Source: a virus
Lineage: Duplodnaviria; Caudoviricetes
DNA length: 35,600 nucleotides
Virus record (IMG/VR): IMGVR_UViG_3300020120_000062
Location: 1-35,600 of that record
Reading direction: 5' to 3' (one strand)
Position 1 is the stretch's first letter, and every line of letters starts with the position of its first letter. Below are positions 17,280 to 25,986 of the stretch, piece by piece. Both the position numbers and the translations under genes were made by a program. A model generated the notes under the pieces. It saw nothing but the letters and a program-made list of their open reading frames with translations. It searched no databases and had not been told where the DNA came from.

Positions 17280-17627
17280 CTATCGTTGCACTTCCGCAGT
17301 CACGTCCTCGGGGTATCCGATCGCTCGCAGCGTGAGCGTATGCCCCTTGCGGCGAAGCGCCTCCCCGATCTGCTCGGAAAGATAGCTGTCGATCGCCTCG
17401 ACTATGGCATCGCTGCAATAGGCGCGGATGGTCGCGTAGATCGCCTGCTTTTTGGCGCGCATCCGCTGAGCTTCCCACAGCTTGAACCCGCCGTAACTCT
17501 GGCGGTCGAAGTCAGCAGCCGTCGCGATGACGTGACCCTCCGGGGTCGTCATGATCGCGATCACGCCTTGCGGTTCTTTGCTCACGATGTTTGCCCAACA
17601 GTGCGGCGGCGTGGTGAGTAGTTCCAT
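17280..17627 (-). CDS. Hypothetical protein
   Basis: Protein-like ORF; start uncertain (up to 17747). Confidence 0.6.
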   Translation of the reverse strand: MELLTTPPHCWANIVSKEPQGVIAIMTTPEGHVIATAADFDRQSYGGFKLWEAQRMRAKKQAIYATIRAYCSDAIVEAIDSYLSEQIGEALRRKGHTLTLRAIGYPEDVTAEVQR

Positions 17628-17836
17628 GCGAGAAGCTGCGCGAGAGGCCATCGCCTCCTGGAAGCCGCCCGTTCCTCCGCTAGATAATCGATCCACATTT
17701 TCCGCCAAAGGCATACGCCGCCTTCTTTCGGGTATCGCCATCCCCAATTGCGCTCACAAAGAAGCCGGAACTCTGGAACTTTCTTCCGAGCGTAGTCTGG
17801 GAATCGTTGTGCGCGCCGCTTTTTCTTTGCGTTCAT
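17582..17836 (-). CDS. Hypothetical basic protein
   Basis: ATG 3 nt after the upstream stop. Confidence 0.4.
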   Translation of the reverse strand: MNAKKKRRAQRFPDYARKKVPEFRLLCERNWGWRYPKEGGVCLWRKMWIDYLAEERAASRRRWPLAQLLAWNYSPRRRTVGQTS

Positions 17837-17839
17837 CGC

Positions 17840-18046
17840 TTATGACCGCTCGATATAGGCGCCGAGATTGGGCGCGATTCGCTTCAAAACCTTGAGGAAC
17901 GTGGCGGCTTCCATGCGATAGACTTCGCGCCGTCCCTCCGGGAGGTCTCGCCAGTATTGGAACTTGGTTTTGCCAACGTAATCCGGGGCGCCGAAGCCAG
18001 CCCAGCAAATCTCCCGAGCGATCTTTTCTTTCGCTGTCATCTTCAT
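17840..18046 (-). CDS. Hypothetical protein
   Basis: EKIAREIC...YW..LPE...Y...A pattern common in small phage ORFs; ATGA coupling. Confidence 0.6.
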   Translation of the reverse strand: MKMTAKEKIAREICWAGFGAPDYVGKTKFQYWRDLPEGRREVYRMEAATFLKVLKRIAPNLGAYIERS

Positions 18047-18231
18047 TTGCTGCCCTCTGTCTGCTCAACAGTGCGACGGTTGACGATCTCATATCCGCCG
18101 CGTTCGAGTTCGACAAAAAGCATCGCAATGCTCACGTCCGTTAGAAAGCCTGCCGCGCGTTTTGAGCCATCATCGACGATGACCCTCACGAACTTCATGC
18201 GCTCGATTGGTGTCATCGGAGTCATCGTCAC
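18043..18231 (-). CDS. Hypothetical protein
   Basis: AGGAG RBS; overlap-coupled. Confidence 0.55.
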   Translation of the reverse strand: MTMTPMTPIERMKFVRVIVDDGSKRAAGFLTDVSIAMLFVELERGGYEIVNRRTVEQTEGSK

Positions 18232-18455
18232 CTTACTCCTTGTCGGTATTCACGCTCACCCCTGTCTCGGAGCACGGGCACGACCGTTCCTTGCACAATC
18301 GCCCGCTCTAAGAGCTTCAAGCTGGTGTGCTCGGCGCAGAGGCATTCGCCATCGATATTGAACTCGGCGACGCGACGACAGCGCCCATCGATATCCGGAT
18401 CATCACGGCGAGATCGAAGGTAGTCTTTTGAAAGTCGCGCGTCGCATCGAGCCAT
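18228..18455 (-). CDS. Hypothetical protein, putative Zn-binding (C..C..C..H)
   Basis: Coupled ORF with CLCAEH. Confidence 0.55.
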   Translation of the reverse strand: MARCDARLSKDYLRSRRDDPDIDGRCRRVAEFNIDGECLCAEHTSLKLLERAIVQGTVVPVLRDRGEREYRQGVR

Positions 18456-18477
18456 TTTGATGTCAGCCGTTGTGATG

Positions 18478-18696
18478 TCACTTGCCGTTTACTATCTTCT
18501 CTACGCGGCCGGCGGATGCCGTTAGCATCCGAGCAATGTAGCGCGCGCGGTCGGGAGTTAGACCCGCGGGATAGGTTTGGCCGCCGACGTTGAGAATAAC
18601 GAGGCCGTAGCCATCCGTCACCTCCACGGGATAGCGACCCTTCTCGTTTGCGGTCTGCACCTTCTCGCAATCGGCAACTCCGTGTATCTCGCGCAT
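18478..18696 (-). CDS. Hypothetical protein
   Basis: AAGGA RBS; LTPDRARYIA..L..SA motif. Confidence 0.6.
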   Translation of the reverse strand: MREIHGVADCEKVQTANEKGRYPVEVTDGYGLVILNVGGQTYPAGLTPDRARYIARMLTASAGRVEKIVNGK

Positions 18697-18702
18697 CGTT
18701 GC

Positions 18703-18894
18703 TTATCCTTCGCCTTCCGGCAATTCCATCTCCTTACACCACTTACAACCTCGCCAGTGCGTATCAAGATCGCAGTCGTCGCCTCGGTTGCAAATCTCGT
18801 CGTGGTCCTCGCAGAGTCGCGGGCCTTCGCAGCGCGGATGGCTAGAGCATTCTAGCCATCCCTCCGCAGGCCGAATGGGAACCACGTTGCTCAT
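18703..18894 (-). CDS. Cys/His-rich small protein
   Basis: GAGG RBS; 7 Cys in about 63 aa. Confidence 0.5.
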   Translation of the reverse strand: MSNVVPIRPAEGWLECSSHPRCEGPRLCEDHDEICNRGDDCDLDTHWRGCKWCKEMELPEGEG

Positions 18895-18919
18895 CGAGTG
18901 CCTCGCCATTCGTGAACGG

Positions 18920-19102
18920 TTACGACCGCATTGTCGCGCGGTCCTCGCGAAGCTCACGCTCGCGCAGTATCTTGTTGATGGCCGCATAGAACTCGATGGC
19001 AAACTGACCATCGTTCCCGGGCGGCCAACTGAACCACGACACGACTTTGACAAGCTCGACGCGCTCGTCATTGGTCAGGCTATTCCAGTCGGGAAGCTGC
19101 AT
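18920..19102 (-). CDS. Hypothetical protein
   Basis: 60 aa ORF filling the operon. Confidence 0.5.
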   Translation of the reverse strand: MQLPDWNSLTNDERVELVKVVSWFSWPPGNDGQFAIEFYAAINKILRERELREDRATMRS

Positions 19103-19119
19103 CTGTGACCGCCGATCTG

Positions 19120-19296
19120 CTAACCGATACCGAGCGCGCGGGCGACGGCGCTGCCGGCGACAACGCGCGGCCGCTCTCCGCGGCGCCACTTCCGCTTGAT
19201 GGTCGTGGCCTTGCGCTTCGGTTCTCCCACGACGATCTTGGGTCGCTTCGCCAGCATCCTAGTCGGCTTGAGCTTGAAAATTCGTCCCATGGTCAT
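19120..19296 (-). CDS. Very basic small protein
   Basis: AGGGG RBS; K/R-rich. Confidence 0.5.
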   Translation of the reverse strand: MTMGRIFKLKPTRMLAKRPKIVVGEPKRKATTIKRKWRRGERPRVVAGSAVARALGIG

Positions 19297-19312
19297 TCCC
19301 CTTCTGTGATGT

Positions 19313-19654
19313 TCACTCTGCGCAACCGTTGGCCTTGGCGAGTGCCGCCCGTTGGCGCTTCGCGAGACTGCGGAGTCCGGCCGCGCGGGCACTGTGCTCA
19401 AAGCAATCGATCTCATCGGCAATAGCTTCAAGCGTGTTGGGATCGATACTGTCGCGCAGATCGAGCGCGGCACCCATCAGGCGCGCGTTGGCGCGTCCCT
19501 CGCGTAGGCTCTCGGCGTTGACCCGATATTTTCCGAAACGGCACCATACGGCGGCGATGCTCTTGCCGTCTGCGCGGATGGGATGGCTTGCGACGGTCCC
19601 GCGATCCTCATGGAGGATTGCTTCCCATGGCCCCGGTGTGTGTTGTGAGTTCAT
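19313..19654 (-). CDS. Phage hypothetical protein (HTPGPW...ANARL..AA family)
   Basis: Recognisable N- and C-terminal motifs; paralog at 22648-23010. Confidence 0.75.
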   Translation of the reverse strand: MNSQHTPGPWEAILHEDRGTVASHPIRADGKSIAAVWCRFGKYRVNAESLREGRANARLMGAALDLRDSIDPNTLEAIADEIDCFEHSARAAGLRSLAKRQRAALAKANGCAE

Positions 19655-19681
19655 GTCATCGGCCTTTGCGCTTGTATGTCG

Positions 19682-19882
19682 TTAACGAACGGCTTCGATG
19701 TCAGCCGTGGTGATCTTCTCGGTGACCAGCAAGCGCAGCACGATCGCCACGCATGAAGGTACGGCCCGCTCTCCGAGAGCCCAGCGGCGCGTGGTGCGCT
19801 CGTCGGCCCCCAGCAGCTTCGCCATGCCCTGTTGTGTCAGATCAAGGCGGCGAAGCGCGTTGCGAAACTGGATGGCGGTCAT
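19682..19882 (-). CDS. XRE-family HTH transcriptional regulator
   Basis: MTAIQFRNALRRLDLTQQGMAKLLGADERTTRRWALGERAVP. Confidence 0.85.
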   Translation of the reverse strand: MTAIQFRNALRRLDLTQQGMAKLLGADERTTRRWALGERAVPSCVAIVLRLLVTEKITTADIEAVR

Positions 19883-19888
19883 TGTGCC

Positions 19889-20116
19889 TCAGCCCCCCTT
19901 GTGGAGGGCTGCTGACTTGTAGGCCACAAACTCTTGGCGGCAATTTGCATTCCATGCGCCGTGGGCACGGGCCTCGCACTGGGCGACGGTGAGGCTATCG
20001 AGATGGGCCTTTGAGTTGGTGCCAACAGTCCAACCAGTCTTGGTCAGGCGCTGGTCGGTGCTGAGCAGGTCAATCGCCTTCTCGTAGCTGACGGTCGTGT
20101 TCCACTCGATGGTCAT
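19889..20116 (-). CDS. Hypothetical protein co-transcribed with the XRE regulator
   Basis: GGAGAG RBS; downstream of its own promoter. Confidence 0.65.
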   Translation of the reverse strand: MTIEWNTTVSYEKAIDLLSTDQRLTKTGWTVGTNSKAHLDSLTVAQCEARAHGAWNANCRQEFVAYKSAALHKGG

Positions 20117-20162
20117 CTTGGTCTCTCCGTGGCCGGGCTTGATTGCCCTTGCCGATGACGCG

Positions 20163-20191
20163 AATGTAGGGCAATCGGCCCTATAAGTCAA
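20163..20191 (-). promoter_or_regulatory. Sigma70 promoter with palindromic operator
   Basis: TTGACT-17 bp-TACATT; TAGGGC-AATCG-GCCCTA palindrome (20167-20183) occupies the spacer. Confidence 0.75.
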
Positions 20192-20359
20192 CTGGCCCTA
20201 TGTTCACGAATTGTAACAGGGCCAATTGTCCACGGATTGGAAGTCACTTCACTGGCCGCGGCGCGCCCCGGCGCTTTGCTGAGAGCCTAGATAGCGCGAT
20301 GACCGCAAACGGGGACGGTCCAGGGCTCCCACCGCGATAGCGTGTCATGACGAAAGCTC

Positions 20360-20641
20360 TCAGCCCAACAATTTTTCACCCTTGGCGTCCGGCACCTTGA
20401 GCCGGTCCGGATTTTCGTTTCGCCACATCTGCAAGCGATCAATCATCCTCTCGACTGCGGAGATTTGCTCGGCGTCGGCGTTATGCCGCCGGCAACGCTC
20501 AAGGTAGGTTGGAAGCGTCTCGTAAAATGCGGTGTCCTTGGCGAGAAACACGACGTATTCATCATCTGGAACGATGCTGCCGTCCTTCACCTTGAAGATG
20601 ACACCGGAAAACTTTGCGTCGAGCTTTGCAGGCATGCTCAT
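20360..20641 (-). CDS. Hypothetical protein
   Basis: AAGGAGA RBS; VVFLAKD..F...L..Y...KVPD motif. Confidence 0.7.
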   Translation of the reverse strand: MSMPAKLDAKFSGVIFKVKDGSIVPDDEYVVFLAKDTAFYETLPTYLERCRRHNADAEQISAVERMIDRLQMWRNENPDRLKVPDAKGEKLLG

Positions 20642-20679
20642 TCTCCTTTGTTGGGTTCTGACGGAAGTTCGTTGCACGA

Positions 20680-20943
20680 TTACAGGCGAACGCAGCCCCA
20701 ATCGGCATCCTCGGGGATCGTCCAGCCTGCGTAGATGCCCGCTTCATGGTCGCCGCTGTCGTAGACGATCTTTCGCGTGTCGCCGTTTTGATCGGTGAAG
20801 TCGATCTCGTTGACGCATGGCTGCCAGCCCATCACCATCTCCGAATATTCCTTTCCGATCTCGCGGATTCGCTCGGGGGTGATGGGGCTGTCGTCTTGGA
20901 AGTGGGGGAAGGCGTCCCGCAGGGCTTGCTCTATGTCGGTCAT
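20680..20943 (-). CDS. Hypothetical acidic protein
   Basis: GAGGG RBS. Confidence 0.6.
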   Translation of the reverse strand: MTDIEQALRDAFPHFQDDSPITPERIREIGKEYSEMVMGWQPCVNEIDFTDQNGDTRKIVYDSGDHEAGIYAGWTIPEDADWGCVRL

Positions 20944-20988
20944 TTTTCCCTCACGTTGTCGGGCCATTCGTGAACATCTATATGCTGT

Positions 20989-21219
20989 TTAGGAACAACC
21001 GAAACCCATTGCATCGTTCAAGGCTTCGCATAACTCGGAGCGGTTCCTGATTTCCATCTTGACCGGATCGGCCGTGATGATGCCGGCCTCGTCGCCGTTC
21101 TCTTTGCAGTAGCGCACATGATCGCGCAGACACTTGAGCGCTTCGGCCTTCGTCTCGAAGTAGGCGGCACCGTTGCCGTTCGCACCGATCTCGTTTCCTT
21201 CAACTCGCCAGATGACCAT
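20989..21219 (-). CDS. Hypothetical protein
   Basis: GGAGGG RBS. Confidence 0.65.
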   Translation of the reverse strand: MVIWRVEGNEIGANGNGAAYFETKAEALKCLRDHVRYCKENGDEAGIITADPVKMEIRNRSELCEALNDAMGFGCS

Positions 21220-21282
21220 TTTTAATCCCTCCCTGGGTCGGTCAGTTGCTACAATTCCATTATCTCATGGAATTTCGGATCG

Positions 21283-21528
21283 TTAACCTTTGGCACCATC
21301 TTTTGTGAACCATGTGCGGCTAACCTCTTCCATGCCGATCCGGCGCGCCTTCGCGATTGCTCTCGCGACAGACTCAGCTGCATCCAGACAGACGCCGAAA
21401 CAATCACGTGGATCACGCGAGCCCGGAGGTGCTGCTGTGCATGTGCAGGGAAGATACTCACCGATCGGGACGCCTCGCCGGATTGCGGCCTTCGCCGCCT
21501 CAAGATCGGACGGAGTGAAATCGGTCAT
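21283..21528 (-). CDS. Hypothetical protein
   Basis: ATGA overlap; CxC...CxxxC. Confidence 0.55.
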   Translation of the reverse strand: MTDFTPSDLEAAKAAIRRGVPIGEYLPCTCTAAPPGSRDPRDCFGVCLDAAESVARAIAKARRIGMEEVSRTWFTKDGAKG

Positions 21529-21839
21529 TTGTTGACATCCGCTGACGCGTCCAGGCGTATGATTTTCTTTGCGAACGGCCGAGGCTTAAAATTGAGGGGA
21601 TCACATCCCGCGCCGAACGCCATAGCGGCGAAGGCAAGAGCCACGGCGTTCCACGCGTGCGCCCTCGGGAATGCGACGGCCATGCGGTGATCCAGGACAA
21701 ATTCGACCTCGTCGCCCTTGTCGTACATCACGAGCCCAGGCACCTCGCGTCCGTCCATGACGACAGCATTCCCGCCTAGGTCGGCTCCCTTCATTTCCGC
21801 GATAAGATCGCGTTGTGGTAGATGTGTTATATTATCCAT
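21525..21839 (-). CDS. Hypothetical protein
   Basis: GGAGG RBS. Confidence 0.65.
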   Translation of the reverse strand: MDNITHLPQRDLIAEMKGADLGGNAVVMDGREVPGLVMYDKGDEVEFVLDHRMAVAFPRAHAWNAVALAFAAMAFGAGCDPLNFKPRPFAKKIIRLDASADVNK

Positions 21840-21924
21840 ACCAGTGCCTCCACAAAATTTGCAGCATCAGCGGTATCAGTATCGCAAGTTCTAGAGCGAT
21901 CAGAGCGGCCCAATCGCGTTTCAT
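21832..21924 (-). CDS. 30-aa hydrophobic peptide (MKRDWAALIALELAILIPLMLQILWRHWYG)
   Basis: GGAG RBS; single TM. Confidence 0.45.
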   Translation of the reverse strand: MKRDWAALIALELAILIPLMLQILWRHWYG

Positions 21925-22046
21925 ACCCGTCTCCACATCTTCCAGCGAACAGTTCCTCCAATCCAAAGGACAAGGCCGGATTCTGGCCACCATCAATCCA
22001 AGGCTATAACCCCGAAGCGGGCCGTTCGTATTTTTACCAGTCTCAT
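21921..22046 (-). pseudogene. 42-codon frame with internal TGA (21993-21995)
   Basis: ATGA overlaps at both ends in the same frame, interrupted by one TGA. Confidence 0.35.
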
Positions 22047-22135
22047 TTTGTTCCGTACCGACAAAGGAGATAGACGCCCAACGAGCCGGCAAGCATCGGG
22101 ATCACGAATAGCGCGACTGCTGCCTGATCGCTCAT
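22043..22135 (-). CDS. 30-aa hydrophobic peptide (MSDQAAVALFVIPMLAGSLGVYLLCRYGTK)
   Basis: GAGG RBS; ATGA overlap; single TM. Confidence 0.5.
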   Translation of the reverse strand: MSDQAAVALFVIPMLAGSLGVYLLCRYGTK

Positions 22136-22386
22136 TTGCTGTCCTCTGACGCGCCCTCACCGTTCGTAATGGCTGGCGTCGCATCACCGGCCAGCATCTT
22201 CGTCGCGCTCAGATAGATGCGGACCCCGTTGAAAATCTGCTTTGCCAGCAGGCTACGCGCGATGGCGTCGTTCACGCTGATCTTCCCTTCCCGCAGCAGC
22301 GTCAGATCGCAGCAGAGCCCCTTGATGACGTTGTCGAGGTCGAGCCGGTCGCAGACCGGGGAAACCTCGTAATCACGAGCGGGCAT
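22132..22386 (-). CDS. Hypothetical protein
   Basis: GGAG RBS; L..LREGKIS...A.A.S.LA.QI helical motif. Confidence 0.7.
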   Translation of the reverse strand: MPARDYEVSPVCDRLDLDNVIKGLCCDLTLLREGKISVNDAIARSLLAKQIFNGVRIYLSATKMLAGDATPAITNGEGASEDSK

Positions 22387-22651
22387 GCAAGGTCTCCCAT
22401 TGGATCAGCGCCGCTCCGTTGTGCAGCGCGTTCGATAGAGCAATAATGTGCATAGCCTTCCGCCGATCCATAAATGCCCCGTCTTTCGGTTTCCCAATGC
22501 CCCGCGTCCACTCGCTTTCGCAGAATCGACAAAGCGGGGAAATTTGCTGATCGCGCCCCTTGCGGCCCGGATAGTCCTTAACGTCGCGGCGGCAGATCGC
22601 GCACCGGAAAAGCAGGGTGTCCCACGTACCCGTGCGCTCATCTGCACTCAT
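22373..22651 (-). CDS. Hypothetical CxxC/CxxC zinc-finger protein
   Basis: CAIC...CRFC; overlap-coupled. Confidence 0.65.
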   Translation of the reverse strand: MSADERTGTWDTLLFRCAICRRDVKDYPGRKGRDQQISPLCRFCESEWTRGIGKPKDGAFMDRRKAMHIIALSNALHNGAALIQWETLHARS

Positions 22652-23010
22652 CGGGCGACCTCAGCTTTCGCAATTGCAGCAAGACAGGCGTTCCGCCGAT
22701 CGTTATAGGGCTTGATAAGCGTGCTCCCCGGTGGAATGCCGTAGGTATCGATGATGACCATCGCCCCCTTGAGCGCCGCCAGTAGATCAGGCGCAGCGGC
22801 AATCAGGCGTGCGTTGGCATCGGCCGCGCCGGGCTGGAAGTGGATCGGCTTGGAGTCGCCGCCGTTGCACACGGCGAGCGCGGACAGATTGCTCATCGTG
22901 TAGCAATCGCAAACGTCGCTGCCCCAGCGGTCGGTAACGTATGGGCCGTGGTTCTCGTTTGAGGCCACATAGTCCCACGGTCCTGGCGTATGCTTGGACT
23001 GATCTGTCAT
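22648..23010 (-). CDS. Phage hypothetical protein (HTPGPW...ANARLIAAAPDLL family)
   Basis: Classic motifs; GGAGG RBS. Confidence 0.8.
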   Translation of the reverse strand: MTDQSKHTPGPWDYVASNENHGPYVTDRWGSDVCDCYTMSNLSALAVCNGGDSKPIHFQPGAADANARLIAAAPDLLAALKGAMVIIDTYGIPPGSTLIKPYNDRRNACLAAIAKAEVAR

Positions 23011-23561
23011 CGTTGACCTCCAAGGAGCGCGCTCGGCACTATCGGCCCATCCGGCTTAGGTGGAGCAACATCGACGCCGGTGTATGTGCTGCGGCGCCGC
23101 GGACTCACAGTCAGCAAGTGGCTGTGCTTGAAGAAGCGTTCCAGCATCTCGATCAGATCAAGTGCGGCTCGGCGGCGCTTGTCGGAAACTTCGGGCTTGC
23201 CTACCATCCGATAGAGGCCGCGCCCGGCAGGCTCAAAGGTGGACACCTGATAAATTTCCTCACTCGGTCGGTCCAGGATGCGTTCCAAGATCGCGATAAG
23301 CGACAATGCGGCCCACTCGTAACCCATCCTGAATAGCGTCGGCGGTAGATCGGTCGGGCATTGCTCTCCGACTCTCGGATGCCATTTAGGATCGGCGCGC
23401 TTCGCGACGAGATGGCTCGCGATTGTTCGCTCGCTCCATTCCGGCTGGCCTCGATCGACGCGCCGCCGCTCTATCTCGGCTAGAACCTCCTGTAGCGCGA
23501 TCTCGCGCCGCCGCGCTTCGTCGGCAAGCTCAAAGTCGTTATGGTCAGAAAGTGCGATCAT
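23007..23561 (-). CDS. Hypothetical protein
   Basis: 184 aa ORF fitting exactly between its neighbours. Confidence 0.6.
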   Translation of the reverse strand: MIALSDHNDFELADEARRREIALQEVLAEIERRRVDRGQPEWSERTIASHLVAKRADPKWHPRVGEQCPTDLPPTLFRMGYEWAALSLIAILERILDRPSEEIYQVSTFEPAGRGLYRMVGKPEVSDKRRRAALDLIEMLERFFKHSHLLTVSPRRRSTYTGVDVAPPKPDGPIVPSALLGGQR

Positions 23562-23564
23562 GTA

Positions 23565-23933
23565 CTAACTGTTCGCAATTTCGAGCAGAACGTCGGCGTG
23601 GCAAGGCTCATCCGGCTTGCACCAACAGGCCAGATTTTTTCCGCGTAGTTTCGATTTGACGGAGGCCAGCAGCTTCGCCTGCGGCGGATGCTCGATCCAC
23701 GTCCGGAAGGCGGACACGGCGAGCTTGTGTGCCTCGTGCTTGGTGTCCTTGAACCACATAGCCGGGCCTTCCCACGTCCCGACAACCCACACGTCTGACG
23801 TGACGCCCATACTCGTGGACTTCGCTTTCGAGACAGGGAACGGATTTCCGAAGCCGCTCGAACGGTCAACGATGACCGTGTGCGGCGGCATCTTCCAGCC
23901 TTTGGTGCGCCTGCGTTGGATGCGTGTAGGCAT
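23565..23933 (-). CDS. DUF4326 domain protein
   Basis: RIQRRRTKGWKMP...VDR.S.FGNPF...LRGKNLACWC...PCHADVLLEIAN. Confidence 0.9.
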   Translation of the reverse strand: MPTRIQRRRTKGWKMPPHTVIVDRSSGFGNPFPVSKAKSTSMGVTSDVWVVGTWEGPAMWFKDTKHEAHKLAVSAFRTWIEHPPQAKLLASVKSKLRGKNLACWCKPDEPCHADVLLEIANS

Positions 23934-23944
23934 CGGCTAATCCC

Positions 23945-24661
23945 CTATCGTGGCACAGGAAACTGACGGACCTTGAGATCGTCCGGGATTGGCGCCTTGC
24001 CGGTCATCTGCTTGAAGAAAAACGCGATGCCGGCGGTCTCGCATTGGTCGCGAAGGTCGCGCGCCCATCGCGGGTCCATCATGCGCGCGTGCGCGCCGCT
24101 CTCGCCGCCGCAGATGATCCAGTCAGGAAGCGGCCGGGCGGCGTAGAGCGGGCCTAGCGCGGGCTCGTAGCTGATGAAGCGCACGCGGGCGCCGAGCTGC
24201 GCAAGCTTGGGCCAATCGCGATCGAGTTCGCTTTGGTCGCCGCAGGTGATGCCGAGCCAGACGTTCGGCGGGATGGTGTCGCTCTCCCACGGCGCGTGCT
24301 TCCCAAAATTTCCGATGCGCTTGGTCAGCAGCAACCAGTCGAGATCGGGCGTCGCGTCGATCAGGACGGCGAGATCAAATCGCCAATCGTAGGGCACCTG
24401 GTTGTCGAGCCAGTCCGCGAGAGATGCGCAGAACACCCGATGCCGCTCGCCGGCCGCCTTCGCCGCGGCGTTCCATTTGAGCGGCTTGCGCCAGTTCGCC
24501 TCGGTCGTGCGGCGGCGCTCGCCCTGCCATAGCTCGGGATGGCCGGCGCGCTTCGCCCATGACTCCGCGTAGCAATGGTCACACGGCGGCCCGACCTTCT
24601 CGCAGCCGACCCACGGATTGAAGGTGTGCGTCGTCCACTCGATTTTGCTGTTTTCGGCCAT
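23945..24661 (-). CDS. Phage Gp37/Gp68 family (DUF5131), radical-SAM-like Cys motif
   Basis: SKIEWT..TFNPWVGCEKVGPPCDHCYA; LLTKR; WIICGGESG; FFFKQ. Confidence 0.92.
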   Translation of the reverse strand: MAENSKIEWTTHTFNPWVGCEKVGPPCDHCYAESWAKRAGHPELWQGERRRTTEANWRKPLKWNAAAKAAGERHRVFCASLADWLDNQVPYDWRFDLAVLIDATPDLDWLLLTKRIGNFGKHAPWESDTIPPNVWLGITCGDQSELDRDWPKLAQLGARVRFISYEPALGPLYAARPLPDWIICGGESGAHARMMDPRWARDLRDQCETAGIAFFFKQMTGKAPIPDDLKVRQFPVPR

Positions 24662-24700
24662 GCCATTGTTTCCGTAGGGTTATTCCGTATCGTTGAACAT

Positions 24701-25795
24701 CTATTCGACGCTCGCGAACATGCCGGCGTCGCCTCGGATGCGGCGCTCGGCCATCGCGGCGTATTCGGGATTGAGTTCGATCAGGATGGCGTTGCGGCCG
24801 AGACGATCGGCAACGAGGCCCGTGGTGCCGGCGCCGCCGAAAGGGTCGAGCACGGCGCCTCCCTTTGGACAGCCGGCGACCATGCAAATCTCGGCGAGCG
24901 CGTCGGGCATGACGGCGTAGTGGCCCTCGCGATAGTTGGCGGGGGCGATCCACCAGACGGAACGGAGGTTCGCCCCGTTCGCCAACTGGCCCTCACGCTC
25001 CATCGCGTCCCATCGGTCATTGAACCCGGCGTGGCGGCGGGTGTGCCCCCGCTGCTTGTCAGACCGCCGTTCGGTGGCAGGCAATTGGTCACCGATCGCG
25101 TGTCGCCCATGTGGTGAGCCGGTGAGCTTGCGGCCAACGGCCTTCATCGGGCCGTTCGTCTTGGCGCCGCCATTGGCGCGGTCGCTGCCGGCCTGGCTGT
25201 CCACGTCCTGGGCGAGGCGTGTTTCGGTTGATGGAGCGGCCGGGGTGCGCGCGGCGTCCGCGTCATACCAGTAGTCGTTGCGCTTGGAGAAATGCAGGAC
25301 GTATTCGTGGCTGATCGTGCTGCGGTCGGACACCGATTCCGGCATCCCGTTTGGCTTCGCCCAAATGTTGCACTGCCGCCAGAACCAGCCATCCGCTCGC
25401 ATGGCGAACGCCAGCATGAACGGGAGACCGACCAAATCCTTATCCTTGTAGCCGGTCGGTGGTGAGCGCCAGCCCTTGGAGTTCTTCGCGTGCGCCCAAG
25501 CCTCGCCTCGGTCCTCCATGAAGCTGCCGCCCCCACCATTGCCGCCGGAGGCCCATTTGTCGCCGATGTTGATCCACGCCGTTCCGTCGTCGCGCAGCAC
25601 CCGGCGGGCCTCGCGAAAGATGGCGGTGAGCTTGTCGATGTACTCCTCGGGCGTTGGTTCCAGCCCCAGCTGCGCGGGCATGCCGTAGTCGCGCTGGCGC
25701 CAATATGGCGGGCTCGTCACCACGCAATGGACGCTCTCGGCCGGCAGCTCCCGGAGCACGTCGCGGCAGTCGCCCTTGAGGATGCGGACGGTCAC
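24701..25795 (-). CDS. DNA methyltransferase, beta class (N4-C/N6-A)
   Basis: VTSPPY catalytic motif; VLDPFGGAGTT SAM-binding motif. Confidence 0.92.
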   Translation of the reverse strand: MTVRILKGDCRDVLRELPAESVHCVVTSPPYWRQRDYGMPAQLGLEPTPEEYIDKLTAIFREARRVLRDDGTAWINIGDKWASGGNGGGGSFMEDRGEAWAHAKNSKGWRSPPTGYKDKDLVGLPFMLAFAMRADGWFWRQCNIWAKPNGMPESVSDRSTISHEYVLHFSKRNDYWYDADAARTPAAPSTETRLAQDVDSQAGSDRANGGAKTNGPMKAVGRKLTGSPHGRHAIGDQLPATERRSDKQRGHTRRHAGFNDRWDAMEREGQLANGANLRSVWWIAPANYREGHYAVMPDALAEICMVAGCPKGGAVLDPFGGAGTTGLVADRLGRNAILIELNPEYAAMAERRIRGDAGMFASVE

Positions 25796-25986
25796 TTAGG
25801 CCCCCGATAGGAGTAAACTGACGTGTTGAATCCGCCCGCCTTCGCCCCGCCCGCCATCGGGCAGCGATCCGCAGGGCGCGAGCCCGTGCAGCGCGGGGCG
25901 GCCCAGAGGATGGGGGCGACGATCAGGGCGAGGGCAGAGAGGGTGATGAGGCCCAAGGCGGTGAACGTCGAGCGAACTTCGTCCAC
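25792..25986 (-). CDS. Small single-TM protein
   Basis: GGAG before GTG; TM segment; overlaps the MTase start. Confidence 0.5.
   Translation of the reverse strand: MDEVRSTFTALGLITLSALALIVAPILWAAPRCTGSRPADRCPMAGGAKAGGFNTSVYSYRGPK

Noticed and set aside
23551-23560. Possible fifth copy of the bipartite motif (TGATCGCACT on minus)
   Set aside because: Only 10 nt match, it coincides with an ORF start, and there is no CCTGAA at the 24-nt spacing.
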